A stretch of 64,000 nt of DNA, taken from Trypethelium eluteriae (taxonomy: Eukaryota). Within the stretch, counting starts at the first letter, position 1; each line of letters opens with the position of its first letter. Positions 26,312 through 38,335 of this stretch are shown in pieces. The stretch is from NCBI GenBank assembly GCA_051942245.1, contig JAVECL010000002.1, forward strand, positions 124,001-188,000, given 5' to 3'. The notes under the pieces were generated by a model. The model worked only from the letters and a program-made list of their open reading frames with translations. It had not been told where the DNA came from and ran no database searches. The position numbers and the translations under genes are program-made.

Positions 26312-26941
26312 TACAGAACTGACAGCGGACATGGCGACGAGTAAGTAGATGCAACCCTTTGAAGGAATGAGCTCTTAGCGACAAATTATCCATTTAATAT
26401 GACGAATCTTTCAACATTCTATTTACGTCAAGTCACATTAGCTTCCGATTTCATATCGTCATGACTGCTACTCGATTTCGCATCCAGCAAACAGTGCGGG
26501 ATCCTTGAACCCAACGACTGAGACCACCCAAGTGGTTCTAATACATTGTCTAACGGACAGTTTACTACCTCAAAGTGGGAGCTTCTTACAGAGACTGGCT
26601 AGATGAGAAGCCTGCTTTCACTTTAAAAATGTAACGTAAAATGTCATTGCAATACCCCCAATAGTGGCAGCTCCTGCGGCGAGATTATCGATTGCCTTCA
26701 ATGTTGGCCGAATCTTGGGCTCATCAAGCATCCTCATACCTGATGAACAATTGGCAGAATATGCTCAGAAAGATACGTACAGGCAACCACGAGAGACATG
26801 TTACTGTTTGCGACTGAATAAAAGCCGTCGATTATTGCATGTACAAAGTTGCCTTTCAGCGGCTGAAACTGTCGAATCGTCGGTGCACTCCTGAAACTCC
26901 ATACTCTGCGGTATTTGAGGCTCATCAACTGTCAGAATGTG

Positions 26942-27856
26942 TTATGCACCTACGCCGCTGGGTACCTTGCCTAAGCTGACACCCGGATACTGGTAAATAG
27001 GTTGTTGCGTGCTCATGCTAGCTAGTCCACCTCCGTTGCAGTTCGTCTCAACCCAGATGACTTGGCCTTGCGCCTCCCCGTTGACTGTGAAAGGCGACTG
27101 ATTGCAGTAGTTACCGGTGCTCGAGAGGTCATCTGTGGAGCATTGCCAGTCTGCGCCTCCCACAAAGGCTGTGTATTCGTATGCGCTGGTGGTCAAAGTG
27201 CCGCAGGAGGACAAATAGTAAGGAACAAAGGTGAAATAACCGCAGTTGCTGGTGGCATTGTCAGCCCTCGTGTGCGTTTCGGTTACAGTATAAGTGATAG
27301 AAGTTGAATAGGTGTAACTGGCACCGAAGTTGAAGGCTCCAGTGAGCTCGGCAGGAGTGACCTTCCCGCTATTGCCAGTAATGCCCACGTTAATAGACCA
27401 AGAGTTGGTCACTGTCGTGCTCTGTGTGCACATTAGCTCTGTTCTGTTAAGATGCTCGATGATCACGGAGACTCTGTGACTTACGTTGCCAGCTGAAAGT
27501 GTACAGCTATCCCCAGCCGTACAAGCACTATTCAGAAACGGTGATTCTGGTCCAGGAAACCACAAATTGTTGACCTCACAGTAGGCTGAGCAAGTATCAG
27601 TCGTCTTGTCTGTATTCGCTAGACCTTCAGTGCAGTCACCCTTGGAATTCATCGTGTAGGCATGCGGACATGTCGTTGTGGATGTGTTCCACGGTGTATT
27701 CAGAGGATCCGGGCAAGCATTATTGGCGCCGTTTTGTTGTCTTTCGGCAAGAATCTTGACCAAATCTTCTCCTGCATTAGTAGATAGATCAGCGGGAACC
27801 GGTCCGGCCATAGAACCCAAAGCAAATGTGGAAACAGTCGCGAGAGAGAGCAACAT
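26942..27856 (-). CDS. Secreted cysteine-rich, Ser/Thr-rich protein (effector-like; possible aerolysin-type beta fold), 2 exons
   Basis: Signal peptide MLLSLATVSTFALGSMAGP, pro-region ending LAER|QQ, 12 Cys. 63-nt intron at 27484-27422 (GTAAGT..GCTAAT..CAG). TATA box upstream. Confidence 0.75.
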   Translation of the reverse strand: MLLSLATVSTFALGSMAGPVPADLSTNAGEDLVKILAERQQNGANNACPDPLNTPWNTSTTTCPHAYTMNSKGDCTEGLANTDKTTDTCSAYCEVNNLWFPGPESPFLNSACTAGDSCTLSAGNVSHRVSVIIEHLNRTELMCTQSTTVTNSWSINVGITGNSGKVTPAELTGAFNFGASYTYSTSITYTVTETHTRADNATSNCGYFTFVPYYLSSCGTLTTSAYEYTAFVGGADWQCSTDDLSSTGNYCNQSPFTVNGEAQGQVIWVETNCNGGGLASMSTQQPIYQYPGVSLGKVPSGVGA

Positions 27857-27972
27857 ATTGAGGAGTAATGATGATAGAAATGAGAGAGATTGCCGGTGGA
27901 TGTGTGAGCGTTCTATGGGAGATACTCGGACTATAGCAAAATGAGCGCTCACTTACGGCTATTGCCTCTATC

Positions 27973-27981
27973 TTATATATA
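27973..27981 (-). promoter_or_regulatory. TATA box of the secreted protein gene
   Basis: TATATATAA on the minus strand, about 120 bp upstream of ATG 27856. Confidence 0.55.
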
Positions 27982-30261
27982 GAGATCTTTGATAAATATA
28001 GATTCTGCGCGCTCTTCACTTCGAAGCATTGCCTTGAAAATTTCTGGTTTGGGGTCAAAAGAGGATCTTACCAGGGCGATCCGCTCATCTTCATATGTCT
28101 ATCCTCCATTAATGTATCTTTGCTCCAGTAAACCAACGAAAGAATGCTGAGTATAACTCGGAGCAGTGTCCCAGACGGTAAGTGGTAGCAAGATAAGTTT
28201 ATGCTCGGTGTTTCACCGCGCGGGCGTGGGCATGATTGACCCAAGCCTCAGCACGGAGGAAGGGACAGACAGGAGTCTGAGCGCTGCGTAGAGTATGCAT
28301 CGTCAATCCATAATTGTGTACATTTTTCTTCCCCCTACATCGACGCGCACTATTCAAAAGACCGGTGCTCGATTGAGAACAAGTGCTGCAATTCTCCGGT
28401 AAAACAGATCGCCCAAGTATCGATCATGGAAAGCACATTCCGACTACGCAGCAGTGTAAATGGTGCAAGAAGAAACACCCACACCCTAGCTCGAGATAAT
28501 TCACTCTGGCTTGAACCTTTGTTGGGTCCTTTCAAGGTGTGGGACGTAAAAATGGGATATTAGAGAGACCTTGAACGGATGCTACGATACTAATGGATCC
28601 CCAAGACGTGTGGCCGTTACGGATTCGGCCACGACTTAGAACACCGACATCTCTTAGCTAGCCTCATGGCGTCACGGACGTTCACGGGAAATGTGGTTCT
28701 GGACCTCACACCCGCAATATCACCGGTCTGGAAATTCTAGCAAGTCAAGCCGTCAATCAGGCACCGACAGGCTACTCCATAGCTTGGTTTGAACTACTTC
28801 ATTGACGACACATTCCAGCTTTGCCAGTGTATAGAATCGTGGAGAGATGATCCCTTAGAGTAAATCCAGTTTCTGGAACGTGTCGTATGGACGACGGTGT
28901 CTCAACATAGTGCGGTACACCTTCAGACTTACCGGACCGCACAGCTATCGTGTCGGTGTTGGCCCTGAATGGAATAAGCAAAGAAGTACCCAAAAAGGAT
29001 CATCGAAGCACTGGCCTTGAGCTGCAAGTCGTAACTACTTGAGGTGAGTAAGGGTCCTCCTCTACCCTGTTGTCAGAGTTGCCTCTTCGTTAGCGAATTG
29101 CGGAAGCGTACCTTGACCAACAAGAAGCACTCGCTGAAAGACCTGGGCGTGGGCAATGGCAGTCTAGGCCAAGAGAGATGAGTTTGCAGCATTCTTGCAA
29201 ACGCTGCGGCATCATGAGAGCAGTCTTTCGTCGAATGCTGGGGGGCTGGAAAATCGAATAATGTGGCTGAAACTCTAGCGTGAGCCTCTGCTGCAGGAAC
29301 ACGTCAAACTATCTTTCTTTTTCTTGATCCTACAGTACGATACGACAGTATTTGACACATTTCAATGGACGCCTTGCGGAGTCAATCCAAATCGCGAAGA
29401 GCTTCCAACAGACCGTGCAGTTTCTGGTCGACGGAAAATCAGCTTCAGCTGATAATCTGCAAGGTGCATACCTAAAAATGAAAAGAGACTCCCATCTTGA
29501 TTGCTTCTTTTTGTAGTTAGCAAGTCAATATACTTCACCGTCTTACGATGTGATCCTACCTTACTGGACCGGCTCTTCGTGCGCCAAGGACAAAAAATAA
29601 GTACGAACATAGCGTTGGTGGTCCTTGTGTTGCACTTCTAGCACTCTATCGTAACATCTTTCCTTACACATCTTCATCTTCTACACCTTTCCTGCAATGC
29701 TTTGCTCGCATTTGCATAAGTGCCGAGAAAGTAAGGGAAAGACCAGCATGTAGGACGCGGTTATGCCAATGATTGTTTGGTAGTGCTAGGACGAATCCAA
29801 TCCGGTGAGCTGGACGTCGCACGTTCGGTAGACGCTTGAGTTTGCATAATGCATTTGTATGGATCATTGGCTCACATCATCGAGATAGGGCCATGACGAT
29901 GATTATTTGGTTAAACCTACCGAGTTCCCCAATCTGGTAGTCTGGGTGTGCAACGCTACATGAAGCCGTTCAGGCATGCACCATGCAAGCTTGGAGGTTA
30001 GAACTGGAGATAAGTGGGAAGCGACTGCTAGACAGGACTGATTTACAACGTGGTCACTGCAGACGCGACACGACACGACACTAGACCTGCCCTTCTTATC
30101 TCTCTCCATCTCGAGCCTTATTATTACCATTGTTCGAACTCATTGAAACCATGACATCAGACTTGTATTGGGGTATCACACGAAATCTTAACAAGTATAC
30201 TGCATCTACACCGCGCATGATCTACCACGCATATTCCAAGGGGATGATACTGTAGGGCTGG

Positions 30262-32408
30262 TCAGACCGCCTCAATGGGGATGAAGTCCCTAAACAGTAT
30301 CACCAAATCATCTTGCCTGCCTAACTGTGTCAGTAACGTCTCTTCCACATCCGACCACCGCCTCAGTGCCATCCGTTCATGCTCAGTCAGAAACCTATCC
30401 TCCTTACCCTGAACATCCGTCCGCTCCGCCTTATCAAGGACCTCCTTAATCCTCTCTCTTTCGAATTTGGCCCTCTGGAGCAACCTCGCCATGGCCTGAT
30501 ACGTATCATTGAGAAGCATCGATCGACAGCGATCCTGATCAAAAAACCATAGAAATATTGTCCTACTCGGCTGTCGAGCATTATCTTTTGGCACCTCCTG
30601 CACCTCCAGAAAACCTGCTTCCTGTAGCCGCGTGAGGATGGTCCGGACGTGCTTTTCACGGAAGAAGCCAAATTTCGAGACCTGTTTCTCATCAAGCTTG
30701 CCCTTGCTGTGCAGTACGCGGATCACGCGCGCTGCTTCCCGTCCAAATCGAGCCGTGACGGTGTTTTCGATCTGGGTTTGGATGAGATATTTAGTAATGG
30801 AGTTGAAATCGACAGACCATTCGCCGCCCCCACGAGTACTGAGCCAGTGAATAAAATGACGGGGATCTTCACGTAAGATACCCATATGTTGGCGGACGAG
30901 TCGCTCGCATTCACCTCCGAATACCGTGCTAACGTGGTTCCCATTAACACGGGAACTATGACTCTGAGGGACACGGATATCGTCATCATCGTCAAGGTCG
31001 GCAATGGGAGAGGTCTGTCGTCGACTTCCATTTTCTATATCATGCGCATTAGAGACATATCCCAAACCTGCTTTCAGATCGACACTAGGATCCAATGCTG
31101 CCTCTACTTCATAGGATGTAACCGATGGAGTCATATGTTCCTCATCATCACACTCATCACCCTCTTCTTCAGATAGATCGGCGTCCTGAGCTGCCCCAAA
31201 TCGGTCATAGCATCGAGGAATATGATTTTCCAGGCAGCGGAGTGTAGTTCCATAAACTTTGGCAGTGGTTTCTCCAAGATATCTTTCACAGAGGCTGCTT
31301 AGCTGCTCATTACGAAACACGACATTGAACTTTTCGTAGTTGACACGGAGAATGGGCCCCTTGTCGTCATCGAGATGGCCTACATAGCCATTTAACTCGT
31401 TTTTCCCATTCGTCAAAGTCCCTCCTGGGTTCGGACGTTTGTTTGGAGAGTCTCTTTCGGATCGCTTCCTCTTAAGACTGCCCAATGTGCTCTCTAGAGA
31501 CGACGTTCCTCCGTTACCATCTCTCAATTTCTTCTTCTGTCGGATTAAAGCACTTGCATATTTTGCCGTTGCTTTTCTACCCTTCACACCATCCGGGAAT
31601 TCTTTACTCTGTACTTCAACCACTGCTTCGTTGTGAAGATCCGCATCCGGTTTGAAATGGTTAGACCCAACTAGAGTAATGAATTCCTTGCTCAAGAGAT
31701 TCTTCAATTCCTCATGAATATGCGCGACGGACTGGATCTGCCCCGAGGCTTGATCTCTTTGATCCCCGAGATTGCCGTAACGATGTCCGCGATCGCCATT
31801 CGTCCCAGCTGTCCCATTGACAAGATGCACATCTGCATTGACCATGCTCGGGTTCTTATTGAACAACCTTTCATAAGCGGATACTAGATCTCCAACTTTG
31901 CAGTGGCCCATCTCTAACAGGTTCGAAACTAAGATCCCAGCAGTTTTTCCGCATCGCTCCTCTACGATCTTGACAATTTTTCCGGATTGGACTAGCGCAT
32001 AAGCTTGGTACCAGTCCGACTCGTAGTAGGTGTATCCATCCTCGTCTGTGCACCAAAGACATAGGTGTTGCTGAATAAGTACAGCCAGGGCGTTCCGCAA
32101 GTTTCGAAGAGGAAGACGGGTCTCAGTACGCAGGGTAGGTAGAGAAGCCCTGCCTAGGCGCATGAGTATAGAGAAGACTTGCTATACTGTATCAGTTTCT
32201 AGAGTTCAGGATAGGATAGGGTAAAGGAGGAGCAAAGCCGGATTTCGAGCTTCAGAATTTGACGGTTGAATAACTTACAGACGTAAGCCCCCCATACAGA
32301 TCATCGACAAGCGTAGTGCATAATTCATTCAAGTTCTAGTGTCTTCTCAGCCAAGTTCAGAACCGGGGAAGCCCCGCTATGAAGCTGGGAGGAACTTACC
32401 TGTGCCAT
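30262..32408 (-). CDS. RPC82: RNA polymerase III subunit C82/RPC3, 3 exons
   Basis: ATGGCACAG|gtaag, exon NLNELCTTLVDDLYGGLTS, then LRNALAVLIQQHL, RVNYEKF, FGREAARVIRVLHSKGKLDEKQ and QEVPKDNARQPSRTIFLWFFD. Confidence 0.9.
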
Positions 32409-32780
32409 GATCTGTGCAATAGATGTTCGGTACTACCTCGATTCCGGTGACGATTGGGGCGGCGAGGACATGTTCAATTCTGAGCGCGAATAATAAGAAG
32501 AAACCGCAGCTCATGAAGATTGAGTGAAATGCGCAAATGGTTGTGACAGCCCCACCGCCCACCAGCGGTAAGCATACCCAGCGTGCCAGAGTAACCCTAC
32601 CACTCCTTGATACTTTTGCTCATTGCCTGAGTCAGTCCTCCGCTGCCAACCTTTTCGTCCTCTATCTAAGCTGAAAACGCCCAGAACTTGCACCTTGTCG
32701 TCCTAGCTGTGAGCTTTTCTACAGTGTGAGACCTTCTTCAATTGACCTTCATCCAGCGGCTGTCGTCATTCGCTGTCGCC

Positions 32781-34290
32781 ATGCTAACCTCTCCCTCTCT
32801 CGGTCGGCACGCCCAGCGGACCTTACGGCACCAAGGCTTGCTCAATGTCGCTCAGAGGAGAGGTCTCGCAGCACCAGCCTCTGGCTCCTTCCAATACCAG
32901 ACGGGTGATAGCAATGGTGTCAAGTTCGCAAGCAGAGACCTTGCTGGTCCCACAACCACACTCGGGCTTGTCTCAAGAGCTGGCACAAGATATCAACCTT
33001 TTCCAGGGCTCACAGAGGGGCTTGAGAGATTTGCTTTCCGAGTTCGTTCCTGAGGAAATCACTTATCGAGGAAGCTATCATCTTGCTAACTCAAACTGTT
33101 AAGACTACAGATAGACGGTCTACCCTCCGTATCACTCGCGAGATCGAGCTTCTTGGCGCTGAGCAGTATACGGAGCACACCCGGGAATCCTTAATCATTG
33201 GCGCCAAATTCCTCCGCGATGATCTGCCCTACTTTGTCGAACTCTTCGCCGAAATCGCGACCCAAACCCAATATCCAGGCTACTTGTTTCACGAAGAGAT
33301 CGAATCCATTATAGAAATGTCGAAAAAGAAGCATCTTGCCGACACTGCCGCCATGGCTTTGAATTCTGCACATGCTCTTGCCTTCCATCGCGGATTGGGT
33401 GCGCCGCTGACACCGGCTTCGAACGTACCGGTGAACAAGTACTTGAGCTCAGAATCGATTCATGAATTTTCACGCGACGCATATTCCAAGGCCAATCTCG
33501 CTATTGTCGCCAATGGAGCTGAACATGGGGAACTTACCAAATGGGTCAATGAATTCTTTAGCGATGCAGCGCTGCCACAAGGGACACCTCTCAAGAGTGA
33601 GCAAAGCAAGTATCATGGCGGTGAAGAGCGGATTTCCCATGCCAGCCCAAAGAACTCGGTGGTGCTCGCATTTCCAGGCAGTTCTTCATATACCGGTGGT
33701 TTCTACAAGCCGGAAGTTGCGGTGCTCACCACACTTCTGGGTGGCCAAACCAGCATCAAATGGAGCCCAGGGTTTTCTCTACTCTCCAAAGCTACCGCCA
33801 ATTTCCCTACCGCGAACGTTCAGACGAAGAGCGCGATCTATTCGGATGCTGGGTTGTTATACGTCCTGATCACTGGCTCATCGGGAGACGTGGCGGGCGC
33901 AGCAAATGAAGCAGTGAAAGCAATCAAGGGCATCGCGGAAGGTGGTCAGATCGGTCAAGAACTTTTTGCCAAGGCCAAGGCACTGGCTAAATTCAGGGAG
34001 TTGGAACATGGGCAAAATATCAAGGCAGGTATCCAATTGACTGGTGCTGGACTTACGCAGCAAGGAAAGCCGTATCAACTGGACGAAACTGCAAAGGCGA
34101 TTGATGGCGTTACTGAGGGACAAGTGAAGAAGGTAAGCATCAATCACCGTGATGTTGCATCAAGTGTTCTCTGTACATTGCTGAATTTGTTTAGGCTGCA
34201 AAAGAGATACTGGACTACAAAGCGTCGGTGTCCGCAGTCGGAGACTTACACGTGCTACCATTTGCCGATGAGCTTGGGTTGAAAGTTTAA
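32781..34290 (+). CDS. QCR2: Cytochrome bc1 complex core protein 2, 3 exons
   Basis: Presequence (AQRRGLA), AGTRYQPFPG..LERFAF|TTDRRSTLRITREIELLG, FLRDDLPYF, LLGGQTSIKWSPG, YSDAGLL; C-terminus AVGDLHVLPFADELGLKV*. Confidence 0.95.
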
Positions 34291-36724
34291 AAAGATCGAG
34301 ATGCAGCATGGCATGCTCTTGTAAGATTATCATGTGATCGCTGATACATATTCCCATATAGATGTTCAGTCCACTTCTAGTACTTTTGTTGAGTATCATG
34401 CTCACAGAACTCATTCTACCTCCCAAGTCAGACGTGAGATCAACCTTTAATCGCAGTCGAAGAATTCACTATCAGTCCCTGACAATAAGATTGGTACTCT
34501 CCGAATGGCAGTATCCCTCGCAGAATAAGATCACCCTTTCGAAAGGCTTTAGACCTACTGTCCGAGTATATACATAACTTTAGATGCCACACGGCGCTTC
34601 TTTCATTCATCTAGCCCATGCCGGGGAAGCGAGGCTTATCTTACGTTGTGAAGCCCATCCAAATTCACGATATAATACAGACCCATCTATCCCTGGAAAA
34701 TTGTTGACCCTGGAAAAGCATAGAAGGCAACCATCAGGTGGTTCCGTTCCTAATCGAAGCATTGCCCCTGAAAAGGTAAGGCCTCTGCGCTTGCTTGTGT
34801 CTAGTGCTCCGGTGCAACGGCGCATTTGGATTTGAAGAAAGAAGTTTCGAGGTCGATTCATTGCTATAACGGCAAAATCGATGCTGTCTAATAACGGCAG
34901 ATCATTTACGTGAGTCCGATCATCAGGAGATGTTCTCTTCTAGAAGAAACTATGCCCTTCATCATGTCAAATTCTAAAGAGCTCCTTGCGCAGTGGAGCC
35001 TCACTACATGGCGTTTAGGAGTTGACATAACCGGTAATCGCTAAGAAGAGAATCTCCTCACTTGCAGTTCCGCATCGAGAGCTGATCTAGAGCGGGTTTT
35101 CTCTCCAATATGTGACAAGCGCTGTTAACGTCTTGAATAGATTGATCTCGACATTGGCAACACTGAAAGAATTACTAGGACTTCGACAATGGTAAGGGAC
35201 CTCGGACCAGAGGGATAGAGTCAACGGTGGGTACGCAACTAGCATGAAGGCAATCATCTCCGCTGTTCATAAAAATAAGCGGCACAATATGAGCCCTACG
35301 AGGAGAGCCTCCAGTCCATATCTTACCGCTGGCAGTCTCATTCCTCCGTCCAACAAAGACTTACGCTACGTTACGATTGTTAATACACATGCTGCACAGG
35401 AATATACGGATGCATTTCAGTCCAGCGAGGACGAGCGCGCGAACGTAAGAACGACTGATGCCTAATATTGTCATGCGAAAAAAATGTCCACTCGCTAGTA
35501 CGGGAAATTTGCTGGGGCTTGCATGGATACTTTTGTCCTAGTACTGTATGACGATGATTGCATCAAAGGGTTCATTGGTTTTCTCACGGCGGCTGGAGTC
35601 TTGACCACTGTAAGAAAATCTATCACGTCTTCCGCCGATTTCCTAGTATGTACTCATGTCATTTGGCAGTACTGACTCATTTGATCGGGACAACTAATGT
35701 GGTTGATGATCATCCTCAATGTGTCAGCCAGAAGTGGTGATTGCATACCTCTCTTCCGAAAATGCAGGATTTGGTTAAGCGCTCTCAGTGATTGTCCATT
35801 GCAGGCGGCAGACCAAATAGGATCTGCCAGTGATCTACTCAGCTTTGCTTGGTGGAGTTCAGGGTCCATACATGAGGAGAGAAGGTTGGGATAGTCTTTG
35901 CTGCCGGTCGAGATTTTCCAATTATTTTGTAGTATGGTAGGTCACATCTAGCTATTAGCGATTACTGAAAGCGCCGCCGCATCTAAGTCACTCAGGGTAA
36001 GTCTTGCGAAATTGTGGGGCTAAGCTATCGAGGTTGTTGCCGGAAGTCTCACCGATCAACTTCAGCCATTGCGGTCCGAGATCGAAAGTCCATGATGCGC
36101 GCCGGTGGAAGATCTCGATCTCGAATACAATCAGCCTCACACCAACACGGCATGAGAGTTCTACCTCTTGGCCACAAGTAGTCGTGTGGGCCAAGCAACC
36201 TGCCTTGCCTGACTCGGTATTGTTTCCGGGTACTATCGTCCTTTAGCACCTTTGCGCATTCGGCCTTTTGATGAATGATGAATGACGCGATACGGCACGC
36301 AGATGGTAAGCACTAGAGGCTTGATGTAGATCTATCGAAATTTTGAGCAATCAGGCCAGGCTGGGAGTTCTCTCCGGAAGATAGCCGGCAAGGTCCGGTC
36401 TATTAGAGCACATGGTGATTCCGCGATTGACCTCACAATCCAACTTTTTGACTTGCGAAAACAACAACCATAGGGATGATACGCGTGATTGAAGAGGTTT
36501 TGGTCATCCATCGTAGCAAGCTCTTTACATTAACGCATGGACTAAGACAGAGTTACAAGTCCAGCACCATTGGAGAAATAAGACACATCTCATCTAACAA
36601 CGTTTTGCGATTTCCTTTAGCTTGTATGTCAATGTATTATCGCACCAGCATAACAGCCATAGGCGATCATAATTACCTCCTTGGTCGACTTGACTTATAA
36701 AGCTGTGTTCAGATCAAGCTTGAT

Positions 36725-38335
36725 CTAAATCATTGAGACCTTCAAATTGATCCCATCTCGGGGCCTCAATACCAATCTCCACATCTTCCAATCCTCTTGG
36801 TCTTCAAAAGCAGAGTCGGGCTCGAATTTGTACGTGCTAAGTAAACAGCACAAAAAGACCTTCATTTCCATCTCTGCGAACTTTCGGCCAATACAGCTTC
36901 GGGGACCATGTAGGAAGGTCATAAAGGAATTTGTGGCATGAGTGGATGGGAGTTTGTCCCATCGGTCTGGATCAAAGGTATCCGCATCCGGACCCCAATA
37001 CTCGGGCAGCCGATTAATCGCATTTGCCATAATATAAAGCTTGGTGCCTTTGGGAATTGGATGATTCGCAAGTGTTGTATCGTGGAGAGCCTCACGAATG
37101 GTCAAGGGAATCGGAGGGATGTACCGGAGCGATTCACGGCATACGTTACTCAGATATGGCAGCTGATCGACATCAATTTGAGGTAACAATGTGTGAGCTT
37201 CCAGGCTATCAACGACGGATGGTAAAGCCTTTTGTATCTCCTGACGAAGTCGATCCTGAATATGTTGGTTCTTGGATAGGAGATGAAGAGTCCAGACCAC
37301 AGCTGTGGCCGTGGTATCATGGCCAGCCCCTAAAAATGTCATGACTTGATCCCTGATATTCTCGAAGCTCAAATAACTTTCTCCTTCATCGTCGATATTC
37401 TTGTTGGCATGCACAACCAAGGATATGATATCGCGCGCCTCCTTGTTGTCAGCATGAAGCTTATTGGTGACGATCTCATCGGTTGTCGATCTGATAACAC
37501 GGCTCGCGCTAGCCATACTACGATTCATCTGCGAGGGAATGATGCGAAAAATCTGTGACTGCTGAAGAAGGCCTTGAGTGAGTCGAGACCAAAAGTCGAA
37601 TGCGAAAACAGATGCATACGCCTGACGCAGTGCTGTTGTAGGATGTTCCAAAGAGCTCAACTCGTACCCAAAGCCTGCCTCACAAATTACATCCAAGGTC
37701 GCGCGATTCATCCAGTCAAGCATCTCGATTGAGGCAATCGTCTGAGCATGATGGGCAAAGTGCTTTCGACCGAGAAGAGTTGTCATCAAGAGTCCCTTTC
37801 GCCAGAAGACAGGAGCGAGTGCACGGATCGAGGATATTGAAAACGCTGGTGCCAATGCCTTCCTTTGCTTCATGTGCTCATTGCCGTCAACCAGGAGGAC
37901 TCCTCTTCCCAGCACACTCGCCATCCACTTCTGAACTCTGACAGGTTTCGCATAACCGTAACAGTCTCTCACCGTGATTTCCTTGATTGCATCATCGTCG
38001 GCGATCGAAAGTCGCTCGCCTCCAAGAGGAAAGAAATACCTGACAACAGGTCCATACTTTCGATGCCAATTCCGTTGTGGTACGCCAACTTCAGAATTGA
38101 TGATTTGGAAAAGATGACCCCACAGTGGGATAGAAGGAACGGTTGGAATGTGACGCAGAGGAGACTGAAAAAAAGGGTAGATGAATGAGCGATATAGGAT
38201 CCAGCTTATTAGACCACAAATAAAGCTGATTGCCACGACCCTTGCGCCTGAAAGAGATCTGAAGCGACACAAGAACAGGGCGATAATTATGCTGGATAAC
38301 AAGGTGTCTTTCAGTGTGATCTTACGGAGTACCAT
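36725..38335 (-). CDS. Cytochrome P450 monooxygenase, intronless
   Basis: N-terminal membrane anchor, I-helix FLGAGHDTTA, ESLR (ExxR), PDRW, and heme motif FLHGPRSCIG. Confidence 0.95.
   Translation of the reverse strand: MVLRKITLKDTLLSSIIIALFLCRFRSLSGARVVAISFICGLISWILYRSFIYPFFQSPLRHIPTVPSIPLWGHLFQIINSEVGVPQRNWHRKYGPVVRYFFPLGGERLSIADDDAIKEITVRDCYGYAKPVRVQKWMASVLGRGVLLVDGNEHMKQRKALAPAFSISSIRALAPVFWRKGLLMTTLLGRKHFAHHAQTIASIEMLDWMNRATLDVICEAGFGYELSSLEHPTTALRQAYASVFAFDFWSRLTQGLLQQSQIFRIIPSQMNRSMASASRVIRSTTDEIVTNKLHADNKEARDIISLVVHANKNIDDEGESYLSFENIRDQVMTFLGAGHDTTATAVVWTLHLLSKNQHIQDRLRQEIQKALPSVVDSLEAHTLLPQIDVDQLPYLSNVCRESLRYIPPIPLTIREALHDTTLANHPIPKGTKLYIMANAINRLPEYWGPDADTFDPDRWDKLPSTHATNSFMTFLHGPRSCIGRKFAEMEMKVFLCCLLSTYKFEPDSAFEDQEDWKMWRLVLRPRDGINLKVSMI

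Noticed and set aside
26495..26560. Minus-strand GTCGTTGGGTTCAAGGATCCCG resembling a tRNA T-arm/B box
   Set aside because: The B box is imperfect, and I could not build an acceptor stem, D arm or anticodon arm.
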